From positions 70,184,001 through 70,248,000 of the forward strand of contig OZ296652.1 of assembly GCA_965655095.1 (NCBI GenBank): a stretch of DNA of 64,000 nucleotides, given 5' to 3'. Below the pieces are notes generated by a model. The model was not told the origin of the DNA and did no database searches. It saw only the letters and a list, made by a program, of their open reading frames with translations. This DNA comes from Haplodiscus bocki. Its lineage: Eukaryota. The position numbers and the translations under genes were made by a program. Below, piece by piece: positions 25,301-38,204 of the stretch (position 1 is its first letter; every line of letters starts with the position of its first letter).

Positions 25301-28300
25301 CCATCTTCCGAAGATTACATCTCCATAAAGCTTTCAATATCACGCATCCTCTGGAAAACACCTGAATCAAGGCCTCTCAACACACACGGTCTGTTTAGAA
25401 CACGAACATCGAGACGACGCATGAGCAAACGATAAATTTTTTAACGATGCTTTTGTCAGTTTACAATGTTGACAGCAAAATATCCAAATTAATCCAATCC
25501 AAACTACTACACCTCTTTCCAGATATCTAGCTAAAGCAAAAAAATTTTTGAAAAAAATCAATTTTGTCGTGCTGAATCAAAGGTAGCACCTGACCAAAAA
25601 CAAAGTCCAAATTTAGCTGAGCAACTGGCAAGTCAGTGTTTCTCAACATAGTACGGTGTTGACTCAAGTCGCCAACACAAATTTGTAAATAAATGTGAGT
25701 TCAGTTTAATCTACCATTGATTGTTTCAAAGCAATTGTGACCAAATAGCGATATCCTGGAGCCATGTGCTAATTGGTTTGCCTTCGGCGAAGCCGCGCGA
25801 GGAAAATAAACAGCCCTGTCAAACTGAATGATCCGAGCCAGGATTGGTCATCACGCCCAAATGGATCATGCCACGTCACACACTCCCTGCTACCTTGCGC
25901 GCAGGCCACCTGCATTCCCTCCCTACGAACACACGCCTTCTGGAAACTCTCGCTTATTTAGTTGCTCCATTTTCATTGAAGCTTCCCATTTCTTTGTTTT
26001 CGCTTTTCCTTTGACGGCTTTAGCCTTTTTTTCCAGCGATGAATCCTTCAACATGTTCGTCGTTTTTCGGGTACAGACACCGGAAGTATAATTCCTTAGG
26101 ACCTGTGCTTTACGTTTGGTGACTCTCGGATCTTTAGCTTCCCAGCCTGTCACAAGGGATGGTTTTCCAATATTGGAAAGAGTGAGAACGGATTGACATG
26201 ATAACCCGGGTTAGGCCAACTAAGTGTGAGCTTCCGAGATGAAACGTTTCACATGCTTTCCCTGTAATCGTTTTGGGCCTCTCAGCATCTCTCTCGCGAA
26301 GTCAACTACCGTTCCAAAAGTTTTGAAAAACTGTTAGAATATGTCCCACTATCTGAAATTTGGAAGATCTTTTTTTTTCGATCAGGGTGTAAGAAATGGA
26401 ATGGTCACCTCTTTGTTCAATATGAGCGTCCGTAAACCACTTACGGAAAACCTAAATTGCGCTGGCCGGCCCATCTTCGAAAATTTCAGGAATTACTGTC
26501 TATCAAGTCATCCCTCTGCGTGTTCCATGCTTGGGAAATATTATTCCCTTCAGTCGCGTCCAGTTTTTTTGATCGGACGATTTTTCCCATACACGGGAAT
26601 ATCCAAAATAACTTCCACACATCTTTTCCTGCATTGTTTGATATGATCAAGGAAATTTTTGTCGACCTTGCACACGTCCTGATTGTGAAATGCAATTAAG
26701 TGACCAACCATTGCTCACCATTCTCCTGTGACGACAGCTCTGAAATTTATCTCATTCAAAGTTTCTGGACCATCCACGTCGATAGTCGGCATCAGTTACC
26801 AACCCAATTCCTCAACTCCATCTTCCGAAGATTACATCTCCATAAAGCTTTCAATATCACGCATCCTCTGGAAAACACCTGAATCAAGGCCTCTCAACAC
26901 ACACGGTCTGTTTAGAACACGAACATCGAGACGACGCATGAGCAAACGATAAATTTTTTAACGATGCTTTTGTCAGTTTACAATGTTGACAGCAAAATAT
27001 CCAAATTAATCCAATCCAAACTACTACACCTCTTTCCAGATATCTAGCTAAAGCAAAAAAAATTTTGAAAAAAATCAATTTTGTCGTGCTGAATCAAAGG
27101 TAGCACCTGACCAAAAACAAAGTCCAAATTTAGCTGAGCAACTGGCAAGTCAGTGTTTCTCAACATAGTACGGTGTTGACTCAAGTCGCCAACACAAATT
27201 TGTAAATAAATGTGAGTTCAGTTTAATCTACCATTGATTGTTTCAAAGCAATTGTGACCAAATAGCGATATCCTGGAGCCATGTGCTAATTGGTTTGCCT
27301 TCGGCGAAGCCGCGCGAGGAAAATAAACAGCCCTGTCAAACTGAATGATCCGAGCCAGGATTGGTCATCACGCCCAAATGGATCATGCCACGTCACACAC
27401 TCCCTGCTACCTTGCGCGCAGGCCACCTGCATTCCCTCCCTACGAACACACGCCTTCTGGAAACTCTCGCTTATTTAGTTGCTCCATTTTCATTGAAGCT
27501 TCCCATTTCTTTGTTTTCGCTTTTCCTTTGACGGCTTTAGCCTTTTTTTCCAGCGATGAATCCTTCAACATGTTCGTCGTTTTTCGGGTACAGACACCGG
27601 AAGTATAATTCCTTAGGACCTGTGCTTTACGTTTGGTGACTCTCGGATCTTTAGCTTCCCAGCCTGTCACAAGGGATGGTTTTCCAATATTGGAAAGAGT
27701 GAGAACGGATTGACATGATAACCCGGGTTAGGCCAACTAAGTGTGAGCTTCCGAGATGAAACGTTTCACATGCTTTCCCTGTAATCGTTTTGGGCCTCTC
27801 AGCATCTCTCTCGCGAAGTCAACTACCGTTCCAAAAGTTTTGAAAAACTGTTAGAATATGTCCCACTATCTGAAATTTGGAAGATCTTTTTTTTTCGATC
27901 AGGGTGTAAGAAATGGAATGGTCACCTCTTTGTTCAATATGAGCGTCCGTAAACCACTTACGGAAAACCTAAATTGCGCTGGCCGGCCCATCTTCGAAAA
28001 TTTCAGGAATTACTGTCTATCAAGTCATCCCTCTGCGTGTTCCATGCTTGGGAAATATTATTCCCTTCAGTCGCGTCCAGTTTGTTTGATCGGACGATTT
28101 TTCCCATACACGGGAATATCCAAAATAACTTCCACACATCTTTTCCTGCATTGTTTGATATGATCAAGGAAATTTTTGTCGACCTTGCACACGTCCTGAT
28201 TGTGAAATGCAATTAAGTGACCAACCATTGGTCACCATTCTCCTGTGACGACAGCTCTGAAATTTATCTCATTCAAAGTTTCTGGACCATCCACGTCGAT

Positions 28301-31300
28301 AGTCGGCATCAGTTACCAACCCAATTCCTCAACTCCATCTTCCGAAGATTACATCTCCATAAAGCTTTCAATATCACGCATCCTCTGGAAAACACCTGAA
28401 TCAAGGCCTCTCAACACACACGGTCTGTTTAGAACACGAACATCGAGACGACGCATGAGCAAACGATAAATTTTTTAACGATGCTTTTGTCAGTTTACAA
28501 TGTTGACAGCAAAATATCCAAATTAATCCAATCCAAACTACTACACCTCTTTCCAGATATCTAGCTAAAGCAAAAAAATTTTTGAAAAAAATCAATTTTG
28601 TCGTGCTGAATCAAAGGTAGCACCTGACCAAAAACAAAGTCCAAATTTAGCTGAGCAACTGGCAAGTCAGTGTTTCTCAACATAGTACGGTGTTGACTCA
28701 AGTCGCCAACACAAATTTGTAAATAAATGTGAGTTCAGTTTAATCTACCATTGATTGTTTCAAAGCAATTGTGACCAAATAGCGATATCCTGGAGCCATG
28801 TGCTAATTGGTTTGCCTTCGGCGAAGCCGCGCGAGGAAAATAAACAGCCCTGTCAAACTGAATGATCCGAGCCAGGATTGGTCATCACGCCCAAATGGAT
28901 CATAACACGTCACACACTCCCTGCTACCTTGCGCGCAGGCCACCTGCATTCCCTCCCTACGAACACACGCCTTCTGGAAACTCTCGCTTATTTAGTTGCT
29001 CCATTTTCATTGAAGCTTCCCATTTCTTTGTTTTCGCTTTTCCTTTGACGGCTTTAGCCTTTTTTTCCAGCGATGAATCCTTCAACATGTTCGTCGTTTT
29101 TCGGGTACAGACACCGGAAGTATAATTCCTTAGGACCTGTGCTTTACGTTTGGTGACTCTCGGATCTTTAGCTTCCCAGCCTGTCACAAGGGATGGTTTT
29201 CCAATATTGGAAAGAGTGAGAACGGATTGACATGATAACCCGGGTTAGGCCAACTAAGTGTGAGCTTCCGAGATGAAACGTTTCACATGCTTTCCCTGTA
29301 ATCGTTTTGGGCCTCTCAGCATCTCTCTCGCGAAGTCAACTACCGTTCCAAAAGTTTTGAAAAACTGTTAGAATATGTCCCACTATCTGGAATTTGGAAG
29401 ATCTTTTTTTTTCGATCAGGGTGTAAGAAATGGAATGGTCACCTCTTTGTTCAATATGAGCGTCCGTAAACCACTTACGGAAAACCTAAATTGCGCTGGC
29501 CGGCCCATCTTCGAAAATTTCAGGAATTACTGTCTATCAAGTCATCCCTCTGCGTGTTCCATGCTTCGGAAATATTATTCCCTTCAGTCGCGTCCAGTTT
29601 TTTTGATCGGACGATTTTTCCCATACACGGGAATATCCAAAATAACTTCCACACATCTTTTCCTGCATTGTTTGATATGATCAAGGAAATTTTTGTCGAC
29701 CTTGCACACGTCCTGATTGTGAAATGCAATTAAGTGACCAACCATTGCTCACCATTCTCCTGTGACGACAGCTCTGAAATTTATCTCATTCAAAGTTTCT
29801 GGACCATCCACGTCGATAGTCGGCATCAGTTACCAACCCAATTCCTCAACTCCATCTTCCGAAGATTACATCTCCATAAAGCTTTCAATATCACGCATCC
29901 TCTGGAAAACACCTGAATCAAGGCCTCTCAACACACACGGTCTGTTTAGAACACGAACATCGAGACGACGCATGAGCAAACGATAAATTTTTTAACGATG
30001 CTTTTGTCAGTTTACAATGTTGACAGCAAAATATCCAAATTAATCCAATCCAAACTACTACACCTCTTTCCAGATATCTAGCTAAAGCAAAAAAAATTTT
30101 GAAAAAAATCAATTTTGTCGTGCTGAATCAAAGGTAGCACCTGACCAAAAACAAAGTCCAAATTTAGCTGAGCAACTGGCAAGTCAGTGTTTCTCAACAT
30201 AGTACGGTGTTGACTCAAGTCGCCAACACAAATTTGTAAATAAATGTGAGTTCAGTTTAATCTACCATTGATTGTTTCAAAGCAATTGTGACCAAATAGC
30301 GATATCCTGGAGCCATGTGCTAATTGGTTTGCCTTCGGCGAAGCCGCGCGAGGAAAATAAACAGCCCTGTCAAACTGAATGATCCGAGCCAGGATTGGTC
30401 ATCACGCCCAAATGGATCATAACACGTCACACACTCCCTGCTACCTTGCGCGCAGGCCACCTGCATTCCCTCCCTACGAACACACGCCTTCTGGAAACTC
30501 TCGCTTATTTAGTTGCTCCATTTTCATTGAAGCTTCCCATTTCTTTGTTTTCGCTTTTCCTTTGACGGCTTTAGCCTTTTTTTCCAGCGATGAATCCTTC
30601 AACATGTTCGTCGTTTTTCGGGTACAGACACCGGAAGTATAATTCCTTAGGACCTGTGCTTTACGTTTGGTGACTCTCGGATCTTTAGCTTCCCAGCCTG
30701 TCACAAGGGATGGTTTTCCAATATTGGAAAGAGTGAGAACGGATTGACATGATAACCCGGGTTAGGCCAACTAAGTGTGAGCTTCCGAGATGAAACGTTT
30801 CACATGCTTTCCCTGTAATCGTTTTGGGCCTCTCAGCATCTCTCTCGCGAAGTCAACTACCGTTCCAAAAGTTTTGAAAAACTGTTAGAATATGTCCCAC
30901 TATCTGGAATTTGGAAGATCTTTTTTTTTCGATCAGGGTGTAAGAAATGGAATGGTCACCTCTTTGTTCAATATGAGCGTCCGTAAACCACTTACGGAAA
31001 ACCTAAATTGCGCTGGCCGGCCCATCTTCGAAAATTTCAGGAATTACTGTCTATCAAGTCATCCCTCTGCGTGTTCCATGCTTCGGAAATATTATTCCCT
31101 TCAGTCGCGTCCAGTTTTTTTGATCGGACGATTTTTCCCATACACGGGAATATCCAAAATAACTTCCACACATCTTTTCCTGCATTGTTTGATATGATCA
31201 AGGAAATTTTTGTCGACCTTGCACACGTCCTGATTGTGAAATGCAATTAAGTGACCAACCATTGCTCACCATTCTCCTGTGACGACAGCTCTGAAATTTA

Positions 31301-34300
31301 TCTCATTCAAAGTTTCTGGACCATCCACGTCGATAGTCGGCATCAGTTACCAACCCAATTCCTCAACTCCATCTTCCGAAGATTACATCTCCATAAAGCT
31401 TTCAATATCACGCATCCTCTGGAAAACACCTGAATCAAGGCCTCTCAACACACACGGTCTGTTTAGAACACGAACATCGAGACGACGCATGAGCAAACGA
31501 TAAATTTTTTAACGATGCTTTTGTCAGTTTACAATGTTGACAGCAAAATATCCAAATTAATCCAATCCAAACTACTACACCTCTTTCCAGATATCTAGCT
31601 AAAGCAAAAAAAATTTTGAAAAAAATCAATTTTGTCGTGCTGAATCAAAGGTAGCACCTGACCAAAAACAAAGTCCAAATTTAGCTGAGCAACTGGCAAG
31701 TCAGTGTTTCTCAACATAGTACGGTGTTGACTCAAGTCGCCAACACAAATTTGTAAATAAATGTGAGTTCAGTTTAATCTACCATTGATTGTTTCAAAGC
31801 AATTGTGACCAAATAGCGATATCCTGGAGCCATGTGCTAATTGGTTTGCCTTCGGCGAAGCCGCGCGAGGAAAATAAACAGCCCTGTCAAACTGAATGAT
31901 CCGAGCCAGGATTGGTCATCACGCCCAAATGGATCATGCCACGTCACACACTCCCTGCTACCTTGCGCGCAGGCCACCTGCATTCCCTCCCTACGAACAC
32001 ACGCCTTCTGGAAACTCTCGCTTATTTAGTTGCTCCATTTTCATTGAAGCTTCCCATTTCTTTGTTTTCGCTTTTCCTTTGACGGCTTTAGCCTTTTTTT
32101 CCAGCGATGAATCCTTCAACATGTTCGTCGTTTTTCGGGTACAGACACCGGAAGTATAATTCCTTAGGACCTGTGCTTTACGTTTGGTGACTCTCGGATC
32201 TTTAGCTTCCCAGCCTGTCACAAGGGATGGTTTTCCAATATTGGAAAGAGTGAGAACGGATTGACATGATAACCCGGGTTAGGCCAACTAAGTGTGAGCT
32301 TCCGAGATGAAACGTTTCACATGCTTTCCCTGTAATCGTTTTGGGCCTCTCAGCATCTCTCTCGCGAAGTCAACTACCGTTCCAAAAGTTTTGAAAAACT
32401 GTTAGAATATGTCCCACTATCTGAAATTTGGAAGATCTTTTTTTTTCGATCAGGGTGTAAGAAATGGAATGGTCACCTCTTTGTTCAATATGAGCGTCCG
32501 TAAACCACTTACGGAAAACCTAAATTGCGCTGGCCGGCCCATCTTCGAAAATTTCAGGAATTACTGTCTATCAAGTCATCCCTCTGCGTGTTCCATGCTT
32601 GGGAAATATTATTCCCTTCAGTCGCGTCCAGTTTTTTTGATCGGACGATTTTTCCCATACACGGGAATATCCAAAATAACTTCCACACATCTTTTCCTGC
32701 ATTGTTTGATATGATCAAGGAAATTTTGTCGACCTTGCACACGTCCTGATTGTGAAATGCAATTAAGTGACCAACCATTGCTCACCATTCTCCTGTGACG
32801 ACAGCTCTGAAATTTATCTCATTCAAAGTTTCTGGACCATCCACGTCGATAGTCGGCATCAGTTACCAACCCAATTCCTCAACTCCATCTTCCGAAGATT
32901 ACATCTCCATAAAGCTTTCAATATCACGCATCCTCTGGAAAACACCTGAATCAAGGCCTCTCAACACACACGGTCTGTTTAGAACACGAACATCGAGACG
33001 ACGCATGAGCAAACGATAAATTTTTTAACGATGCTTTTGTCAGTTTACAATGTTGACAGCAAAATATCCAAATTAATCCAATCCAAACTACTACACCTCT
33101 TTCCAGATATCTAGCTAAAGCAAAAAAAATTTTGAAAAAAATCAATTTTGTCGTGCTGAATCAAAGGTAGCACCTGACCAAAAACAAAGTCCAAATTTAG
33201 CTGAGCAACTGGCAAGTCAGTGTTTCTCAACATAGTACGGTGTTGACTCAAGTCGCCAACACAAATTTGTAAATAAATGTGAGTTCAGTTTAATCTACCA
33301 TTGATTGTTTCAAAGCAATTGTGACCAAATAGCGATATCCTGGAGCCATGTGCTAATTGGTTTGCCTTCGGCGAAGCCGCGCGAGGAAAATAAACAGCCC
33401 TGTCAAACTGAATGATCCGAGCCAGGATTGGTCATCACGCCCAAATGGATCATAACACGTCACACACTCCCTGCTACCTTGCGCGCAGGCCACCTGCATT
33501 CCCTCCCTACGAACACACGCCTTCTGGAAACTCTCGCTTATTTAGTTGCTCCATTTTCATTGAAGCTTCCCATTTCTTTGTTTTCGCTTTTCCTTTGACG
33601 GCTTTAGCCTTTTTTTCCAGCGATGAATCCTTCAACATGTTCGTCGTTTTTCGGGTACAGACACCGGAAGTATAATTCCTTAGGACCTGTGCTTTACGTT
33701 TGGTGACTCTCGGATCTTTAGCTTCCCAGCCTGTCACAAGGGATGGTTTTCCAATATTGGAAAGAGTGAGAACGGATTGACATGATAACCCGGGTTAGGC
33801 CAACTAAGTGTGAGCTTCCGAGATGAAACGTTTCACATGCTTTCCCTGTAATCGTTTTGGGCCTCTCAGCATCTCTCTCGCGAAGTCAACTACCGTTCCA
33901 AAAGTTTTGAAAAACTGTTAGAATATGTCCCACTATCTGAAATTTGGAAGATCTTTTTTTTCGATCAGGGTGTAAGAAATGGAATGGTCACCTCTTTGTT
34001 CAATATGAGCGTCCGTAAACCACTTACGGAAAACCTAAATTGCGCTGGCCGGCCCATCTTCGAAAATTTCAGGAATTACTGTCTATCAAGTCATCCCTCT
34101 GCGTGTTCCATGCTTGGGAAATATTATTCCCTTCAGTCGCGTCCAGTTTTTTTGATCGGACGATTTTTCCCATACACGGGAATATCCAAAATAACTTCCA
34201 CACATCTTTTCCTGCATTGTTTGATATGATCAAGGAAATTTTTGTCGACCTTGCACACGTCCTGATTGTGAAATGCAATTAAGTGACCAACCATTGCTCA

Positions 34301-37300
34301 CCATTCTCCTGTGACGACAGCTCTGAAATTTATCTCATTCAAAGTTTCTGGACCATCCACGTCGATAGTCGGCATCAGTTACCAACCCAATTCCTCAACT
34401 CCATCTTCCGAAGATTACATCTCCATAAAGCTTTCAATATCACGCATCCTCTGGAAAACACCTGAATCAAGGCCTCTCAACACACACGGTCTGTTTAGAA
34501 CACGAACATCGAGACGACGCATGAGCAAACGATAAATTTTTTAACGATGCTTTTGTCAGTTTACAATGTTGACAGCAAAATATCCAAATTAATCCAATCC
34601 AAACTACTACACCTCTTTCCAGATATCTAGCTAAAGCAAAAAAAATTTTGAAAAAAATCAATTTTGTCGTGCTGAATCAAAGGTAGCACCTGACCAAAAA
34701 CAAAGTCCAAATTTAGCTGAGCAACTGGCAAGTCAGTGTTTCTCAACATAGTACGGTGTTGACTCAAGTCGCCAACACAAATTTGTAAATAAATGTGAGT
34801 TCAGTTTAATCTACCATTGATTGTTTCAAAGCAATTGAGACCAAATAGCGATATCCTGGAGCCATGTGCTAATTGGTTTGCCTTCGGCGAAGCCGCGCGA
34901 GGAAAATAAACAGCCCTGTCAAACTGAATGATCCGAGCCAGGATTGGTCATCACGCCCAAATGGATCATGCCACGTCACACACTCCCTGCTACCTTGCGC
35001 GCAGGCCACCTGCATTCCCTCCCTACGAACACACGCCTTCTGGAAACTCTCGCTTATTTAGTTGCTCCATTTTCATTGAAGCTTCCCATTTCTTTGTTTT
35101 CGCTTTTCCTTTGACGGCTTTAGCCTTTTTTTCCAGCGATGAATCCTTCAACATGTTCGTCGTTTTTCGGGTACAGACACCGGAAGTATAATTCCTTAGG
35201 ACCTGTGCTTTACGTTTGGTGACTCTCGGATCTTTAGCTTCCCAGCCTGTCACAAGGGATGGTTTTCCAATATTGGAAAGAGTGAGAACGGATTGACATG
35301 ATAACCCGGGTTAGGCCAACTAAGTGTGAGCTTCCGAGATGAAACGTTTCACATGCTTTCCCTGTAATCGTTTTGGGCCTCTCAGCATCTCTCTCGCGAA
35401 GTCAACTACCGTTCCAAAAGTTTTGAAAAACTGTTAGAATATGTCCCACTATCTGAAATTTGGAAGATCTTTTTTTTTCGATCAGGGTGTAAGAAATGGA
35501 ATGGTCACCTCTTTGTTCAATATGAGCGTCCGTAAACCACTTACGGAAAACCTAAATTGCGCTGGCCGGCCCATCTTCGAAAATTTCAGGAATTACTGTC
35601 TATCAAGTCATCCCTCTGCGTGTTCCATGCTTGGGAAATATTATTCCCTTCAGTCGCGTCCAGTTTTTTTGATCGGACGATTTTTCCCATACACGGGAAT
35701 ATCCAAAATAACTTCCACACATCTTTTCCTGCATTGTTTGATATGATCAAGGAAATTTTTGTCGACCTTGCACACGTCCTGATTGTGAAATGCAATTAAG
35801 TGACCAACCATTGCTCACCATTCTCCTGTGACGACAGCTCTGAAATTTATCTCATTCAAAGTTTCTGGACCATCCACGTCGATAGTCGGCATCAGTTACC
35901 AACCCAATTCCTCAACTCCATCTTCCGAAGATTACATCTCCATAAAGCTTTCAATATCACGCATCCTCTGGAAAACACCTGAATCAAGGCCTCTCAACAC
36001 ACACGGTCTGTTTAGAACACGAACATCGAGACGACGCATGAGCAAACGATAAATTTTTTAACGATGCTTTTGTCAGTTTACAATGTTGACAGCAAAATAT
36101 CCAAATTAATCCAATCCAAACTACTACACCTCTTTCCAGATATCTAGCTAAAGCAAAAAAAATTTTGAAAAAAATCAATTTTGTCGTGCTGAATCAAAGG
36201 TAGCACCTGACCAAAAACAAAGTCCAAATTTAGCTGAGCAACTGGCAAGTCAGTGTTTCTCAACATAGTACGGTGTTGACTCAAGTCGCCAACACAAATT
36301 TGTAAATAAATGTGAGTTCAGTTTAATCTACCATTGATTGTTTCAAAGCAATTGAGACCAAATAGCGATATCCTGGAGCCATGTGCTAATTGGTTTGCCT
36401 TCGGCGAAGCCGCGCGAGGAAAATAAACAGCCCTGTCAAACTGAATGATCCGAGCCAGGATTGGTCATCACGCCCAAATGGATCATGCCACGTCACACAC
36501 TCCCTGCTACCTTGCGCGCAGGCCACCTGCATTCCCTCCCTACGAACACACGCCTTCTGGAAACTCTCGCTTATTTAGTTGCTCCATTTTCATTGAAGCT
36601 TCCCATTTCTTTGTTTTCGCTTTTCCTTTGACGGCTTTAGCCTTTTTTTCCAGCGATGAATCCTTCAACATGTTCGTCGTTTTTCGGGTACAGACACCGG
36701 AAGTATAATTCCTTAGGACCTGTGCTTTACGTTTGGTGACTCTCGGATCTTTAGCTTCCCAGCCTGTCACAAGGGATGGTTTTCCAATATTGGAAAGAGT
36801 GAGAACGGATTGACATGATAACCCGGGTTAGGCCAACTAAGTGTGAGCTTCCGAGATGAAACGTTTCACATGCTTTCCCTGTAATCGTTTTGGGCCTCTC
36901 AGCATCTCTCTCGCGAAGTCAACTACCGTTCCAAAAGTTTTGAAAAACTGTTAGAATATGTCCCACTATCTGAAATTTGGAAGATCTTTTTTTTTCGATC
37001 AGGGTGTAAGAAATGGAATGGTCACCTCTTTGTTCAATATGAGCGTCCGTAAACCACTTACGGAAAACCTAAATTGCGCTGGCCGGCCCATCTTCGAAAA
37101 TTTCAGGAATTACTGTCTATCAAGTCATCCCTCTGCGTGTTCCATGCTTGGGAAATATTATTCCCTTCAGTCGCGTCCAGTTTTTTTGATCGGACGATTT
37201 TTCCCATACACGGGAATATCCAAAATAACTTCCACACATCTTTTCCTGCATTGTTTGATATGATCAAGGAAATTTTTGTCGACCTTGCACACGTCCTGAT

Positions 37301-38073
37301 TGTGAAATGCAATTAAGTGACCAACCATTGCTCACCATTCTCCTGTGACGACAGCTCTGAAATTTATCTCATTCAAAGTTTCTGGACCATCCACGTCGAT
37401 AGTCGGCATCAGTTACCAACCCAATTCCTCAACTCCATCTTCCGAAGATTACATCTCCATAAAGCTTTCAATATCACGCATCCTCTGGAAAACACCTGAA
37501 TCAAGGCCTCTCAACACACACGGTCTGTTTAGAACACGAACATCGAGACGACGCATGAGCAAACGATAAATTTTTTAACGATGCTTTTGTCAGTTTACAA
37601 TGTTGACAGCAAAATATCCAAATTAATCCAATCCAAACTACTACACCTCTTTCCAGATATCTAGCTAAAGCAAAAAAAATTTTGAAAAAAATCAATTTTG
37701 TCGTGCTGAATCAAAGGTAGCACCTGACCAAAAACAAAGTCCAAATTTAGCTGAGCAACTGGCAAGTCAGTGTTTCTCAACATAGTACGGTGTTGACTCA
37801 AGTCGCCAACACAAATTTGTAAATAAATGTGAGTTCAGTTTAATCTACCATTGATTGTTTCAAAGCAATTGTGACCAAATAGCGATATCCTGGAGCCATG
37901 TGCTAATTGGTTTGCCTTCGGCGAAGCCGCGCGAGGAAAATAAACAGCCCTGTCAAACTGAATGATCCGAGCCAGGATTGGTCATCACGCCCAAATGGAT
38001 CATGCCACGTCACACACTCCCTGCTACCTTGCGCGCAGGCCACCTGCATTCCCTCCCTACGAACACACGCCTT
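21389..38073. repeat. Tandem array of 11 head-to-tail copies of a ~1517-bp unit (16.7 kb)
   Basis: The junction CACACGCCTTCTGGAAACTC recurs at ~22902, 24419, 25936, 27453, 28970, 30487, 32004, 33520, 35036 and 36553. The ORF track repeats with a 1516-1517 bp period. Copies 2-11 differ by only a few SNPs or homopolymer indels. Confidence 0.99.
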
Positions 38074-38204
38074 TCTTGGCAGCAGTAGAGGGCCTCCCGC
38101 AATCAGTGACACTCAGGCACTTCCATCATTCTTCTCGAAAATCAATAAAAGCAGGCTTTTATGTGCAGGGAAAAGTATACCATAGATTTATGACTAGTAC
38201 ATAA

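Noticed and set aside
21389-38073. CRISPR array, rDNA, histone or snRNA tandem cluster
   Set aside because: There are no variable spacers, and I recognised no rRNA, 5S, histone or snRNA motifs in the unit.
21273-38204. Dozens of recurring 60-101 aa ORFs in the array
   Set aside because: They are by-products of the repeat. Most are antisense or off-frame to the JmjC-like pseudogene and show no independent coding signal.
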